Source of the DNA: Candidatus Woesebacteria bacterium
GTDB taxonomy: Bacteria; Patescibacteriota; Microgenomatia; UBA8517
Direction: 5' to 3'
DNA length: 64,000 nt
Assembly: GCA_020060565.1 (NCBI GenBank)
Contig: JAGVAE010000001.1
Span: forward strand, 130,671-194,670
Shown: piece by piece, positions 1 to 10,125 of the stretch
Position numbering within the stretch: the first letter of the stretch is position 1
How the letters are laid out: every line of letters starts with the position of its first letter
The notes under the pieces: generated by a model
What the model was told of the DNA's origin: nothing
What the model saw: the letters and a program-made list of their open reading frames with translations, nothing else
Database searches by the model: none
Made by a program: the position numbers and the translations under genes

Positions 1-879
1 ACCCCAGACCAGAAACTCGCTATAGTTGAGGCCTTAAAAAGAAACGGTGAGATTGTTGCCATGATGGGAGATGGTGTTAATGATGCTCCTGCTCTTCATA
101 TGTCAGATATAGGCATTGTTGTAGAAGAAGCAACTGACGTAGCCAAGGAATCGGCGGATCTAATTCTTCTTGATTCGAACTTTTCTACAATTGTGAGTGC
201 TATAGAGGAGGGTAGATCAATGTTTGAGAATATTAGAAAAGTTATTCTATATTTAATGAGCGATGCATTTGCAGAAATACTAGTCGTTATTGGGGGAATA
301 TCACTTGGACTCCCACTTCCTATAACTGCAGTGCTAATATTGTGGATAAATTTAATTTCTGACGGTTTTCCAGGTCTGGCATTAACAATTGATCCAAAAA
401 GAGCAGACATAATGAAAGAGAAACCACGCAAGACCAATGAGCGATTGGTTAATGGCTGGATGGTCAGCTTGATAGGTATCGTGAGTTCAGTGGCAGGTTT
501 TGTTGCCTTAACTTCATTTGTTATTGTTTATAGACTAACTGACGATGTTATTACGGCTCGTTCTATGGCCTTTCTTACTTTAGGACTTAATTCCTTAGCC
601 TATGTATTTTCGGTTAGAATGTTGATGGCTCCATTTTGGAAAAGTAATATTTTTGAAAACAGATGGCTGATTATTGCAGTTGTAGCAGGCTTTGCTTTAC
701 AACTATTACCCTTTACATCTCCATTTATGCGTCAATTTTTTGGACTTAACTATCTCAATATAAATTACTGGATGGTTGCAGTTGGTCTATCAATTTTAAT
801 GTTCTTTGTGATTGAAATCTTTAAGATGGGTTATAGATACATATCTACTTTACACAGGCTTAATGACAACCTAAACTGA
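1..879 (+). CDS. Cation-transporting P-type ATPase (type II), C-terminal part; starts before window
   Basis: Frame open from base 1 (TPDQKLAIV...); GDGVNDAPAL hinge motif, ILWINLISDG TM motif. Confidence 0.93.
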   Translation, partial: TPDQKLAIVEALKRNGEIVAMMGDGVNDAPALHMSDIGIVVEEATDVAKESADLILLDSNFSTIVSAIEEGRSMFENIRKVILYLMSDAFAEILVVIGGISLGLPLPITAVLILWINLISDGFPGLALTIDPKRADIMKEKPRKTNERLVNGWMVSLIGIVSSVAGFVALTSFVIVYRLTDDVITARSMAFLTLGLNSLAYVFSVRMLMAPFWKSNIFENRWLIIAVVAGFALQLLPFTSPFMRQFFGLNYLNINYWMVAVGLSILMFFVIEIFKMGYRYISTLHRLNDNLN

Positions 880-883
880 TTGT

Positions 884-2542
884 GTGGACAACATTTTCGT
901 ACAGTTCGCAATAATTCTTTCGATATCATCCTTACTGGGTTTAGTTGCTTTAAAGTTCAAACTTCCCCTGGTTGTTTCATATTTACTTGCTGGAGTGGCT
1001 CTTTCACTTCTGAGTGTATTTGATACGAGCGGATCATTGGTTCTTCATATATTACCCGAGATTGGAATTGCCTTTGTACTCTTTCTTATAGGAATGGAAC
1101 TTGATTTACGCGAAATAAAATCCTTAGGTGTTCCTATTGTTTCTGCAGCCTTGATACAAATTTTGATTACAACATTTGTTGGATTTTTTGTAACTAGTGC
1201 ATTAGGCTTTGGAATTAAAGAAGGAATTTTGCTGAGTTTAGGTTTAGCTTTTTCATCAACTGTGGTTGTTGTAAAGATTCTTACCGAAAGACAGGATTCA
1301 TCTTCTTTATATGGCAAGCTCGCTATTGGAATTCTTTTAGTCGAAGATTTGGTGGCAGTTGCGGTGCTTATGGCTATTTCAGTAGGATCATCGGCGTTTA
1401 ATGTAGGGTTGCAGGAAAATCTTCCGATGTTAACTTTGGTCCTAAAAGGAGTTGGCCTTTTTGTTCTAGCTTTTGTTCTTTCAAAATATGCGTTAAAAAA
1501 GATTTTTGATATTGTTGCTAAATCTACCGAGCTTCTATTCTTTACATCCATTACGTGGTGCTTTGTTTTTACGTCATTATCAGTTCTTGCTGGCTTTTCG
1601 ATTGAAATTGGAGCATTTCTAGCAGGAATAGCACTTGCTTCTTCTCCTTATCATTTTCAAATACAGGGAAAAATCAAACCCTTACGAGATTTTTTTATAA
1701 CTTTGTTTTTCATCTATTTAGGATCTCAAATAAAAGTTCAGTATCTTTATCAAGGTCTTCCGATAATTCTGATATTTACAGCACTTGCACTTGTCCTTAA
1801 ACCAATTGTCTATATGTTTGTCATGGGATTATTTGGATTTAAAAAACACACAATTTTTCAAACAGCAATCAGTCTATCTCAAATCTCAGAATTTTCCTTA
1901 ATAGTTCTCGTTGTGGGTGCAAATTTTGCTGGTGTAAGTGTTGCCACAATTTCAATCATGGCTGCAGTTGCTGTAGTTTCTATAATAGCTTCTTCAATTT
2001 TAATTTCCAATAGTAGGAAAATATATAGTTTTTTACTTCCAATAATGCATATATTTGAAAGAAAAGGAGAGAAACATTTTCTTGATACGCAGCCAGTGGG
2101 GGAGATGGAGGGGCATGTGATTATTATTGGGGCACATAGAGTTGGGGGCCCTTTAGCAGAGTATTTAAAACGTGAAGGTGTTCCATTCTTAATTATGGAT
2201 TTTAATCCACATTTGGTTAATAAATTAAGGGATGAAGGGATGAATGTGATATATGGAGATATTGGTGACCCTGAGGTTTTAGATAGTCTTCAAATCGAAA
2301 AAACAAAGCTTATTATATCAACCGCACCAAGTTTGGGTGATAATGAAATACTTCTCTCGGAATGTAAACGCAGAAAAACAGATGCAATCATAATAGTCAG
2401 GGCAGAGGATAGGGTCCATGGAGAAGCACTAAAAACCTTAGGAGCGGATTACATAATGTCTCCAGAGCGTGTAACGGGTTCATATCTTGTTAAACAAATA
2501 AAAGACCATTGGCCGAAAGTCAGTTTCCCTGGTCTTGATTAA
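884..2542 (+). CDS. CPA2-family cation:proton antiporter with C-terminal TrkA-N (RCK) domain
   Basis: ~12 TM helices, FSSTVVVVK and LLVED motifs, IIIGAHRVG Rossmann-like domain. Confidence 0.9.
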   Translation: MDNIFVQFAIILSISSLLGLVALKFKLPLVVSYLLAGVALSLLSVFDTSGSLVLHILPEIGIAFVLFLIGMELDLREIKSLGVPIVSAALIQILITTFVGFFVTSALGFGIKEGILLSLGLAFSSTVVVVKILTERQDSSSLYGKLAIGILLVEDLVAVAVLMAISVGSSAFNVGLQENLPMLTLVLKGVGLFVLAFVLSKYALKKIFDIVAKSTELLFFTSITWCFVFTSLSVLAGFSIEIGAFLAGIALASSPYHFQIQGKIKPLRDFFITLFFIYLGSQIKVQYLYQGLPIILIFTALALVLKPIVYMFVMGLFGFKKHTIFQTAISLSQISEFSLIVLVVGANFAGVSVATISIMAAVAVVSIIASSILISNSRKIYSFLLPIMHIFERKGEKHFLDTQPVGEMEGHVIIIGAHRVGGPLAEYLKREGVPFLIMDFNPHLVNKLRDEGMNVIYGDIGDPEVLDSLQIEKTKLIISTAPSLGDNEILLSECKRRKTDAIIIVRAEDRVHGEALKTLGADYIMSPERVTGSYLVKQIKDHWPKVSFPGLD

Positions 2543-2547
2543 ATAAA

Positions 2548-3453
2548 ATGCGCTCTGCTCAAAGAAAAGCTAGAATCGAAAACGGAAAGAAAAAGGTTCA
2601 TATATATGGACTTCTGATTAAAGTATTCATCCCGTTAGTTATTTTTTTGTCTATTATTCTTTATTTGAATTTAAGTACCAAATATTGGAATGATCACGAT
2701 AAATTTTCGTTTGCTTTTCAAAATTCAGAAGGGAAAGTTGGGGTGGTGGTATTGGACCCTGCATTAAACGAACAGACAACTTTAATTATTCCTGGAGACA
2801 CCGAAGTAATAGTTGCTAGAAGTTATGGAACCTTAAGAATAAAAAACATTTGGCAATTGGGTGTTAATGAAAAATTAGGTGGTGGACTTCTTGCCCAAAC
2901 AGTTACGCAAAGCTTTCTTTTTCCAACAAATTTGTGGAGCGATTGTGATATGAGTGATGTTTGGAAATTTATATTTGCCTCCAAGCAAACGAATATCCCA
3001 TTCGGTGACAGGCTTGCCGCAGGAATCTTTGTATTGAGAATTAATGCAATAGATAAAACCGAAATTGATTTAGGTGTAAGTCAGTTTTTGCGAAAACAAA
3101 CCTTAACAGATGGTAAACCTGGTTATGTTACAGCAGGGAATATTAGTGGACGCTTGACTATTTATTTTGCAGACAATAATTTTGCAAATAAGAACATAAA
3201 ATTTGTACTGGTCGATGCGACAGGGAGTCATATTGTAGCATCAAAAGTAGGGCAAATATTGGAAGTAATGGGTGGTAAAGTTGTTGAAGTAGACAAAAGA
3301 GCGGAGGAAACATCTTTTGACTGCGAAGTATCAGGTAACAATCCTGATGTTGTAAAGAAAGTAGCAGTTCTCTTTTCCTGTAAAAAGATTCCAGACAAAA
3401 GTAATTTTGATCTGGAGATGAGGCTGGGAACTAAATTTGCAAAGAGGTTCTAA
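2548..3453 (+). CDS. Membrane-anchored hypothetical protein (possibly LCP/LytR-related)
   Basis: Single N-terminal TM; C-terminal region weakly resembles LytR_C. Confidence 0.5.
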   Translation: MRSAQRKARIENGKKKVHIYGLLIKVFIPLVIFLSIILYLNLSTKYWNDHDKFSFAFQNSEGKVGVVVLDPALNEQTTLIIPGDTEVIVARSYGTLRIKNIWQLGVNEKLGGGLLAQTVTQSFLFPTNLWSDCDMSDVWKFIFASKQTNIPFGDRLAAGIFVLRINAIDKTEIDLGVSQFLRKQTLTDGKPGYVTAGNISGRLTIYFADNNFANKNIKFVLVDATGSHIVASKVGQILEVMGGKVVEVDKRAEETSFDCEVSGNNPDVVKKVAVLFSCKKIPDKSNFDLEMRLGTKFAKRF

Positions 3454-3454
3454 T

Positions 3455-4138
3455 TTATTCAGGGACCTCTTCTGTATTTGACATTTCAGGAGTGTCCCTA
3501 TGTACCAGCTCAGGGGGGGTAAAACTGACATAGTCCATCTTTTCTGGGGGGAATGATGCTATTCCAGTTTTATTCTCCAATTCACGAATTAGTACCGTAA
3601 CGTCTTTTGGATCTATTGATTTAACAAGGGTTTGATACTTGTTACCTTTCTTAAGCATATTTCTAAGTCTTGCGGCAATGTCATCTGGAAGTCTTCCAAT
3701 ATATCTACCCGAATTGTCAATTACAGAGACTTTGTGTGCAAAAGCTGTCAGTTTTACTTCATCTCCAGAATCTAAGTTTGCAAAAACGTTTTCATCCCCA
3801 GTGTTAACCAGTGTGACCATTTTTGTTTTACCAGATTCTTCTATAAAGACTTCACCTGATGGAGTAGGGGAAGTGTTTAATCCACTTGGTTTACAAGTTT
3901 TCCATTTAAGTATGCATTTTTGAGCAATGGTGTTATCGGGGTTGATTTTAAGGACTTTTTGAGTTGTGGTTATCGCTTTATCTATCTCACCTATTTCAGA
4001 ATAACAGCGAGCCAGTCTGTTTAGAGCATCTGTGTCCTCAGGGGTTATTGAAATAATTTCAAGATTGATTTTAAGAGCTTCTTGCCAGTTTCCTGCAAGA
4101 GCTAGGCTGATGGCTTTTTGGGCAAGTGTTATATCCAT
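3455..4138 (-). CDS. TPR-repeat protein
   Basis: N-terminal TPR pattern (DALNRLARCYSEIGEIDKAI...KVLKINPDN). Confidence 0.8.
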   Translation of the reverse strand: MDITLAQKAISLALAGNWQEALKINLEIISITPEDTDALNRLARCYSEIGEIDKAITTTQKVLKINPDNTIAQKCILKWKTCKPSGLNTSPTPSGEVFIEESGKTKMVTLVNTGDENVFANLDSGDEVKLTAFAHKVSVIDNSGRYIGRLPDDIAARLRNMLKKGNKYQTLVKSIDPKDVTVLIRELENKTGIASFPPEKMDYVSFTPPELVHRDTPEMSNTEEVPE

Positions 4139-4221
4139 TATCTTTTGACTAGTATGAGTATAAGGGGGTGAACGGCATTGTCAAGGATATTTTTTGAAAG
4201 TATAATACCACTTAGAAGAAA

Positions 4222-4956
4222 ATGAGCGGACATTCCCATTTTGCCACAATAAAAAGACAAAAAGCAGTCAATGACGCCGCCAAAGGTAACCTCTTTAGTA
4301 AACTTGCCAGAGCTATCATGGTTGCAGCCAAAGGTGGAGCTGATCCAGATATGAATTTTAAACTAAGAGTTGAGATCGACAAAGCAAGAGCGGCTAGTAT
4401 GCCCAAAGAAAATATTGATAGGGCAATTGCCAAAGCTACCACTGAGGCGGCTAATTTAATTGAAATTGTGTATGAAGGATTTGGACCTGGTGGAATTGGT
4501 GTAATTATCAATGTAACAACTGATAATAAAAATAGATCCGCACAAGAGATTAAAAATCTTTTTGAGAGGGCAGGGGGGAGTATGGCAGGACCCGGAGCTG
4601 TTTCATTTAATTTCGAGAGCAAAGGATACATCCTGGTTAAGAAATCAGAAGATTCCGAAACCCAGATGCTTACGATGATAGATCTTGGAGTAGAGGATGT
4701 TTCTGATACCAATGATGGAATCGAGGTATATGTTGCTCCAGAAAAACTTAATGAGCAAAGGAAAAAATTTGAAGAATCTGGTTTTGAGATTATTGAAACA
4801 GAACTTGTAATGAAACCAAAAAACTTTCAGACAATAACAGACGCCGCAGTTGCTACTAAGGCCATTACATTTTTAGAAACAGTTGAGGAACAAGATGATG
4901 TTGCAAAAGTGTTCTCCAATCTCGATATTCCAGATAGTGTAATGCAAAATCTATGA
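4222..4956 (+). CDS. yebC: YebC/PmpR family protein
   Basis: MSGHSHFATIKRQK N-terminus, YEGFGPGG, TDNKNRS motifs. Confidence 0.95.
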   Translation: MSGHSHFATIKRQKAVNDAAKGNLFSKLARAIMVAAKGGADPDMNFKLRVEIDKARAASMPKENIDRAIAKATTEAANLIEIVYEGFGPGGIGVIINVTTDNKNRSAQEIKNLFERAGGSMAGPGAVSFNFESKGYILVKKSEDSETQMLTMIDLGVEDVSDTNDGIEVYVAPEKLNEQRKKFEESGFEIIETELVMKPKNFQTITDAAVATKAITFLETVEEQDDVAKVFSNLDIPDSVMQNL

Positions 4957-5723
4957 GTAAACGTCGCCGTTTTGTTATCAGTTCAATTATCCTATCTTTG
5001 GGTTTTGTGGCAATTCAATTTTTAACAGATCAAAACCGTTTTTGGGCAATAGGAATATTAGGGCTTGCTACCATAGGTTTTTTTGTTTGGTCTCTCTTTG
5101 ACAGTTTAGGTAAAAATATGACTCTTTTGATACTTATTCTTCCGACCATTTTTACACTTGGGGTGGGGACTTTTTGGTTTCTTCTCCCATCCAATATTTT
5201 TGCTAGAATTCCAATAGTTATTTTCTATGGAATTGGAATATATGTTCTTTGTTTAACGATGAATATCTTTACCGTTTCTGCAATAAGAACGATTGCTCTT
5301 CTAAGAGCAGCAAGGGGAGTGGGATTTGTACTCAGTTTAGTTACATCGTTCCTTGTCTTTGACGCAATATTGTCACTAAAAACTCAGATTTTTGTATTAT
5401 TACCTTTGGTTTTTGCTGTTTCCTTTCCATTGTTTCTTCAAGGGTTTTGGTCAGTAATTCTTGAAAAAGAGTATTCAAAAGACATATTTATTATGTCGAT
5501 AGTTACAGCATTAATAATGGCAGAGACGGCGGCGGCTCTTTTTTTCTGGCCAGTTACAGTTGTGGTTGGATCACTTTTTCTTACAGTCACTTTCTATGTT
5601 TTACTTGGACTAGGACAAAGTAAAATCGAAGGTAGGTTGTTTTTTACAACCATTAGGGAACACCTAGTTGTGGGTGTGGTAGTTTTTATTGCAATGTTTT
5701 TTGCTACACACTGGGGTGCATAG
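4953..5723 (+). CDS. Polytopic membrane protein of unknown function
   Basis: ~8-9 hydrophobic segments; ATGA overlap with yebC stop. Confidence 0.75.
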   Translation: MSKRRRFVISSIILSLGFVAIQFLTDQNRFWAIGILGLATIGFFVWSLFDSLGKNMTLLILILPTIFTLGVGTFWFLLPSNIFARIPIVIFYGIGIYVLCLTMNIFTVSAIRTIALLRAARGVGFVLSLVTSFLVFDAILSLKTQIFVLLPLVFAVSFPLFLQGFWSVILEKEYSKDIFIMSIVTALIMAETAAALFFWPVTVVVGSLFLTVTFYVLLGLGQSKIEGRLFFTTIREHLVVGVVVFIAMFFATHWGA

Positions 5724-6205
5724 CGCTTCGCTTCAATTAAAAATTTAAAATTATAAATTTAAACTTACAGACGCAGTCTGGGCGACAGGGGAGAGGGGGT
5801 TGATATACCCTATAATTATAGGATAAATAGTGTATTCAGTAGCTCTGTTTTCACGAATATTATAGGCATTTTTCACGAAATGCGACGCATGTACGTGCTA
5901 GAATAAAACCCGAACGACCCACTACTGGAGAATTGATATACATTGATATAGTTATTAGCCTCAAAGATTTACATTTCTCTGTTTTATCAAGCTTAATGTG
6001 GATAAGTAATCAAGACCATGAACATTACATTGATATCTCCCGTATACCAAGACGTTTAGAACGCGTCTAAAGGGTTTTAATGATGGGTATATATGGAGAA
6101 GTGTACAAAACAATTGTCCTGTTAGTTTGTGTAGATTACTATTCTCCCAAGAGGGACTGATGTGTATTACTAGATAGATGTGTTCTTAGGGAAGCTATTC
6201 ATACA

Positions 6206-6233
6206 GTGTCGCACAATAATACTTTTGCGACGT
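6206..6233. other. Putative dif-like Xer recombination site (11-6-11)
   Basis: GTGTCGCACAA-TAATAC-TTTTGCGACGT: inverted arms (inner 9 bp, 1 mismatch), 6-bp spacer; left arm resembles E. coli XerC arm GGTGCGCATAA; 1 kb from a Xer gene. Confidence 0.7.
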
Positions 6234-6281
6234 ATACCAAAACTGATGGAGAGTAGAGCGTATTTTGTGTTTGCTAATACA

Positions 6282-6315
6282 TTTGCTTATTTGCTTATTA
6301 ACTTATTTGCTTATT
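6282..6315 (+). repeat. 8-bp tandem repeat (ttgcttat, ~4 copies)
   Basis: ttgcttat ttgcttat taacttat ttgcttat. Confidence 0.85.
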
Positions 6316-6601
6316 AGTATTAAATATATCCTCTTTTTAGTTTGGCTGTCCATTAGTCCTTCCGAAGTTTAACCGAATGAAAATTATTCCATTTATACCC
6401 CTCCCCCACTTTTAGGTATTTCTTTACCCCGTTAGATTTTTTGAAGAAAAATACTAATGGGGCCATGTTTTCGACCAAACTAAGGTGATATGTAGGTCAT
6501 CTTTTTAAAATAAACGCGTTAAAATCGATTTGGTGAGGCCGTAGTCTGAGCCTAGGCACAAATGATTGGCTAATTTCGGTTTCTTGATGTAGAATGCTGA
6601 C

Positions 6602-7219
6602 ATGTCAAAAGAACTTCAAGAAAATTTTAGTCAACTTCTTTTACCTGATTTTGTAGTTGGTCCTGGAGAAATTTCAGAAAGTATTTGGACAGAGTTTGCT
6701 CAGACCCATGAAGTAAAAATTTCAGTTCATCCAATCATTCACAGAAGTCGACGTGGAATCAGACCTGGTAGAAAAACGTATCTTATTAGCAATGACCACA
6801 TGTTCATGAAAGAAAACGTCTGGAATATTTTTGTTGAGAAAAATCAAATCTATAAATTATCTATTCATGAGTATAAAAAACTTGATAAACATGGGGCAAG
6901 ACCATTTTGGGCTAAAACATTTTTTGAACGTAAAATGTCTGACAAGGGCAAATACAAGATATTGGAGTCTGGCCAAACTGAGCATGGTCGTTTTTGGTCG
7001 GTTGAACAAGAATCAATAGATCCCAAGGAACCAGAAGCTAAAGTTCTTAGGTACAAAAATATGGGCGGTAATTGTCGACGCGTCATTGTTGTCTATCCTA
7101 GTACAAGTGGAAATTTTAATGTTCGCAAGGAAGATTGGATTTCTAAGGGCGTTTGGAGCGTTATATCAGATGGCCAATTATCTAAGAACGAGGTTGGTAA
7201 GCTGTTTATTAATAGTTAG
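6602..7219 (+). CDS. Hypothetical protein
   Basis: 205-aa ORF preceded by TAGAAT 6 nt before ATG; no recognised motif. Confidence 0.6.
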   Translation: MSKELQENFSQLLLPDFVVGPGEISESIWTEFAQTHEVKISVHPIIHRSRRGIRPGRKTYLISNDHMFMKENVWNIFVEKNQIYKLSIHEYKKLDKHGARPFWAKTFFERKMSDKGKYKILESGQTEHGRFWSVEQESIDPKEPEAKVLRYKNMGGNCRRVIVVYPSTSGNFNVRKEDWISKGVWSVISDGQLSKNEVGKLFINS

Positions 7220-7232
7220 TCGCACAATGTCA

Positions 7233-7262
7233 TTGACACCTCGACTCTATCCGGTGTAAACT
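7233..7262 (+). promoter_or_regulatory. Sigma70-type promoter of the xer gene, next to a dif half-site
   Basis: TTGACA (7233-7238), 18 nt, TAAACT (7257-7262); GTCGCACAAT at 7219-7228 just upstream. Confidence 0.6.
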
Positions 7263-7272
7263 TTATTTATAG

Positions 7273-8229
7273 ATGCCCGATCCTGGCCCGATCAATCAGA
7301 GTGAGATAGCAAGAAAAGTTAAAGACTTCTTGGAATACCTTCAAGTAGAGCGTGGCTCCTCTCCCCTAACGATTAGAAACTATAAACATTATTTAAGTAG
7401 ATTTATGTTATGGATGGAGTCGCAAGGAATCCGAGAAAACTTAACTGATATTAACCAAGATATGGTTAGAAGTTTCAGGGTTTTCCTCTCAAATCTGCCG
7501 GATGGACAAGGTTCAACTTTAGCAAGGCGGACTCAAGGCTATCACGTTATCGCACTTCGGAGTTTTCTTAAATGGTTAATAAAGAACGATTTTAATGTAA
7601 TGGCTCCGGACAAAATTGATTTACCGAAAGTTGAAGAGAGAAAAATTGAATTTTTGACTGGTGAACAAGTTGATAGAATGCTTAATGCACCGTCTCAAGA
7701 TTCAATTCAGGGCAAACGTGATAAGGCAATTTTGGAAGTACTTTTTTCTACAGGGCTTCGTGTTTCAGAATTAACAAAATTGGATCGTGATAAAGTAAAT
7801 CTTGATACAAAAGAATTTGGGATAGTTGGAAAAGGGGGAAAAGCCCGTGTTGTTTTTTTATCAAACAGGGCTACCGATTGGCTTATTAAATATTTAAATG
7901 AAAGAACCGATCACTTCAATCCCTTGTTTATACACCACAAAGGTAAAATGGATCCAACTACCCCCGATGAATATATGAGACTTACTCCCCGTTCAGTCCA
8001 GCGGATGATTAAAAAGTATTCACATAAAATGAAAATGCCAATGGAAGTTACGCCTCATAAACTCCGTCACAGTTTTGCTACGGATTTACTTAATGCTGGT
8101 GCTGATATAAGGAGTGTTCAAGAGATGTTGGGACACAAAAATATTTCAACTACTCAGATTTATACACATGTAACAAACAAACAATTAAAAGATATACATG
8201 CAGCGTTTCATGGGAAAGGTGGAAATTAG
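7273..8229 (+). CDS. XerC/XerD-family tyrosine recombinase
   Basis: SAM-like N domain; [34 protein letters not shown] catalytic motifs. Confidence 0.95.
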   Translation: MPDPGPINQSEIARKVKDFLEYLQVERGSSPLTIRNYKHYLSRFMLWMESQGIRENLTDINQDMVRSFRVFLSNLPDGQGSTLARRTQGYHVIALRSFLKWLIKNDFNVMAPDKIDLPKVEERKIEFLTGEQVDRMLNAPSQDSIQGKRDKAILEVLFSTGLRVSELTKLDRDKVNLDTKEFGIVGKGGKARVVFLSNRATDWLIKYLNERTDHFNPLFIHHKGKMDPTTPDEYMRLTPRSVQRMIKKYSHKMKMPMEVTPHKLRHSFATDLLNAGADIRSVQEMLGHKNISTTQIYTHVTNKQLKDIHAAFHGKGGN

Positions 8230-8240
8230 AAATTAAGAAG

Positions 8241-8648
8241 TTACTCAGAAGTTACCCCATCAAATTCTTCATGCCCTTCGTCTGCTTCGGCATCAGCTTT
8301 TGTAGGGTGAACTACATCAAGTCTGTGATGTGCAGGAGAGTATATAGTATAGAGTTTTAACTCCTTAGTCGTAGAGGTATTAACAATATTATGCTCACTT
8401 CCTGCGGGAATTACTACACAAAAACCTGAAGAAAATTGTTGTTCATTTCCATCAATTATCGCCTTACCCTCGCCCTCTTCTACCCTAAAAAATTGATCAT
8501 TATCAGGATGGGTTTCCACCCCTATTTCTTCTTTCGGCTTAAGACTCATGAGAACCAGTTGGGAATGGTGTGCGGTATATAAAACCTTCCTGAAGTTGGT
8601 ATTTTCCTCTGTTAATTTTTCAATGTTTTGTACAAATCCCTTTGCCAT
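8241..8648 (-). CDS. Cupin domain protein
   Basis: IGVETHPDNDQFF and IPAGSEHNIVN cupin motifs. Confidence 0.9.
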   Translation of the reverse strand: MAKGFVQNIEKLTEENTNFRKVLYTAHHSQLVLMSLKPKEEIGVETHPDNDQFFRVEEGEGKAIIDGNEQQFSSGFCVVIPAGSEHNIVNTSTTKELKLYTIYSPAHHRLDVVHPTKADAEADEGHEEFDGVTSE

Positions 8649-8653
8649 AATTA

Positions 8654-9247
8654 TTAGTTACACTTTAATGCAGTCAAGCATTGTGTTTTGTCATCTCCTG
8701 TTAAGTTGTTGCAATATGCACACTGAGATGAGGAAGAAGAACTGTCAGAAGGAATATCTTCCGAAGGAATGTCAAATGAGTTAAAGGTTATATCATTGGG
8801 AAGACTAAATATATTGGAACTTACTACTCCGGGACTACATTTGTAATCCATGTTGGTCTCGGTATCAAAACTTCCGTTTGGTCCTGCATTGGGATCACCT
8901 GCCGCCGGAGGTGAAGTGGCATTTGGATCAAAAGCCATTTTAATTCCGGTTTTCCCGCCTTCTTCCCAACTGTAAAAGGTATTGTCTATAACTATTACAT
9001 GGGATTTCATTGTTTTATCATCTACAACAACTTCGAAATCCTGTCTCATCTTTTTGCCGTCTATATAGACGGTTCCTTTAGATTTCTCAGTTGTAAAAGT
9101 ACAGGTTTGAGCGGAACCTTTGGTCAATAAATCCTTAAGACTGGTTGCAGTTGAGGGAGAAGAAGAACTTTTGGAAGACATAAAATACCATCCACCCAAA
9201 AGTAAAAGAAGTGCTATAACCACAATCGGCAATATTTTTTTGTTCAC
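8654..9247 (-). CDS. Secreted/membrane-anchored hypothetical protein
   Basis: N-terminal TM/signal, Cys-rich C-terminus; TATAAT 7 nt before GTG. Confidence 0.7.
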   Translation of the reverse strand: MNKKILPIVVIALLLLLGGWYFMSSKSSSSPSTATSLKDLLTKGSAQTCTFTTEKSKGTVYIDGKKMRQDFEVVVDDKTMKSHVIVIDNTFYSWEEGGKTGIKMAFDPNATSPPAAGDPNAGPNGSFDTETNMDYKCSPGVVSSNIFSLPNDITFNSFDIPSEDIPSDSSSSSSQCAYCNNLTGDDKTQCLTALKCN

Positions 9248-9314
9248 TAAAATAATTATATGCCACTAAAAATCAATTATCAACCCGTTGTAAAGCAAAT
9301 GATATAATTCACTC

Positions 9315-10121
9315 ATGGAAATCAAGAAACTTTTAGCAATGTACAATATTGCTCCAGACTGCCTAAAGGATCAGTTTTTTCTGAATGATGAAAATATTGC
9401 AAAAAAGATTGCAGATTTGGCTGATATAAAAAGAAATGATGTGGTTTTGGAAGTTGGAGCGGGGACGGGAATATTAACCAAGGAGCTATCAAAAAAGGCA
9501 AAAAAAGTTATAGCATTTGAGATAGATAACCGTTTTAAATCAATCTTGAATGACTTACCCAAAAATGTAGATATCAGATACGAGAATGCATGGGAATATA
9601 TACAACTTCATGGAAAAAATTGGAAAAAGAAAGAATACAACAAAATTGTTTCTAACCTCCCCTATTCTTTTGTAGAGCAATTTCTACATAACCTTACATT
9701 TTTAAAATTTGATAAAGTAATTCTCTTAGTTCCTCTAAGATTTGTAAAGAAAGTAACGGAAAACCCAATTTTTGGGTCATTCTTTAAATACAAACTTCAT
9801 TTTGAAGTAGACAAAGAGAAGTTTTTTCCAGTTCCCAGAACAAACTCGGGAGTTATAGAACTATTTCATCTACCTAGCGCAATAGAGACAAAAAACATGG
9901 GACTATACCTTAGGCAGTTTATGTATCAACACGAAGATCAGAAAGTAAAAAATTCCCTAATGGAAGGAATTATAAAATTCGAAAAAGAAGTGAATGGCAA
10001 AAAAGCAACAAAGAACCAAGCAAGGAAAATCGTAAAAGAGACGGATATCGAAGAAAAATATTTAGAGGACACCCCTGGGACAAAAGAGTTATATGAGGAA
10101 GTTGGGGAAAGGTTTATTTGA
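9315..10121 (+). CDS. RsmA/KsgA/Erm-family rRNA adenine dimethylase
   Basis: DQFFL, VLEVGAGTGILT, AFEID, VSNLPY, FFPVP motifs. Confidence 0.85.
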   Translation: MEIKKLLAMYNIAPDCLKDQFFLNDENIAKKIADLADIKRNDVVLEVGAGTGILTKELSKKAKKVIAFEIDNRFKSILNDLPKNVDIRYENAWEYIQLHGKNWKKKEYNKIVSNLPYSFVEQFLHNLTFLKFDKVILLVPLRFVKKVTENPIFGSFFKYKLHFEVDKEKFFPVPRTNSGVIELFHLPSAIETKNMGLYLRQFMYQHEDQKVKNSLMEGIIKFEKEVNGKKATKNQARKIVKETDIEEKYLEDTPGTKELYEEVGERFI

Positions 10122-10125
10122 TGGT

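Noticed and set aside
5870-5890. Third dif-like site (tgcgac)
   Set aside because: Only a hexamer match with no partner arm at the right spacing.
5997-6005. Perfect DnaA box suggesting oriC in the long gap
   Set aside because: Only one box seen, no dnaA/dnaN nearby, and gene orientation converges rather than diverges here.
7273-8229. Integron integrase or prophage integrase
   Set aside because: Xer-sized with no evident IntI insertion, no attC array and no phage genes.
9315-10121. Erm-type antibiotic resistance gene
   Set aside because: Motifs are shared across RsmA/Erm; cannot assign resistance from sequence alone.
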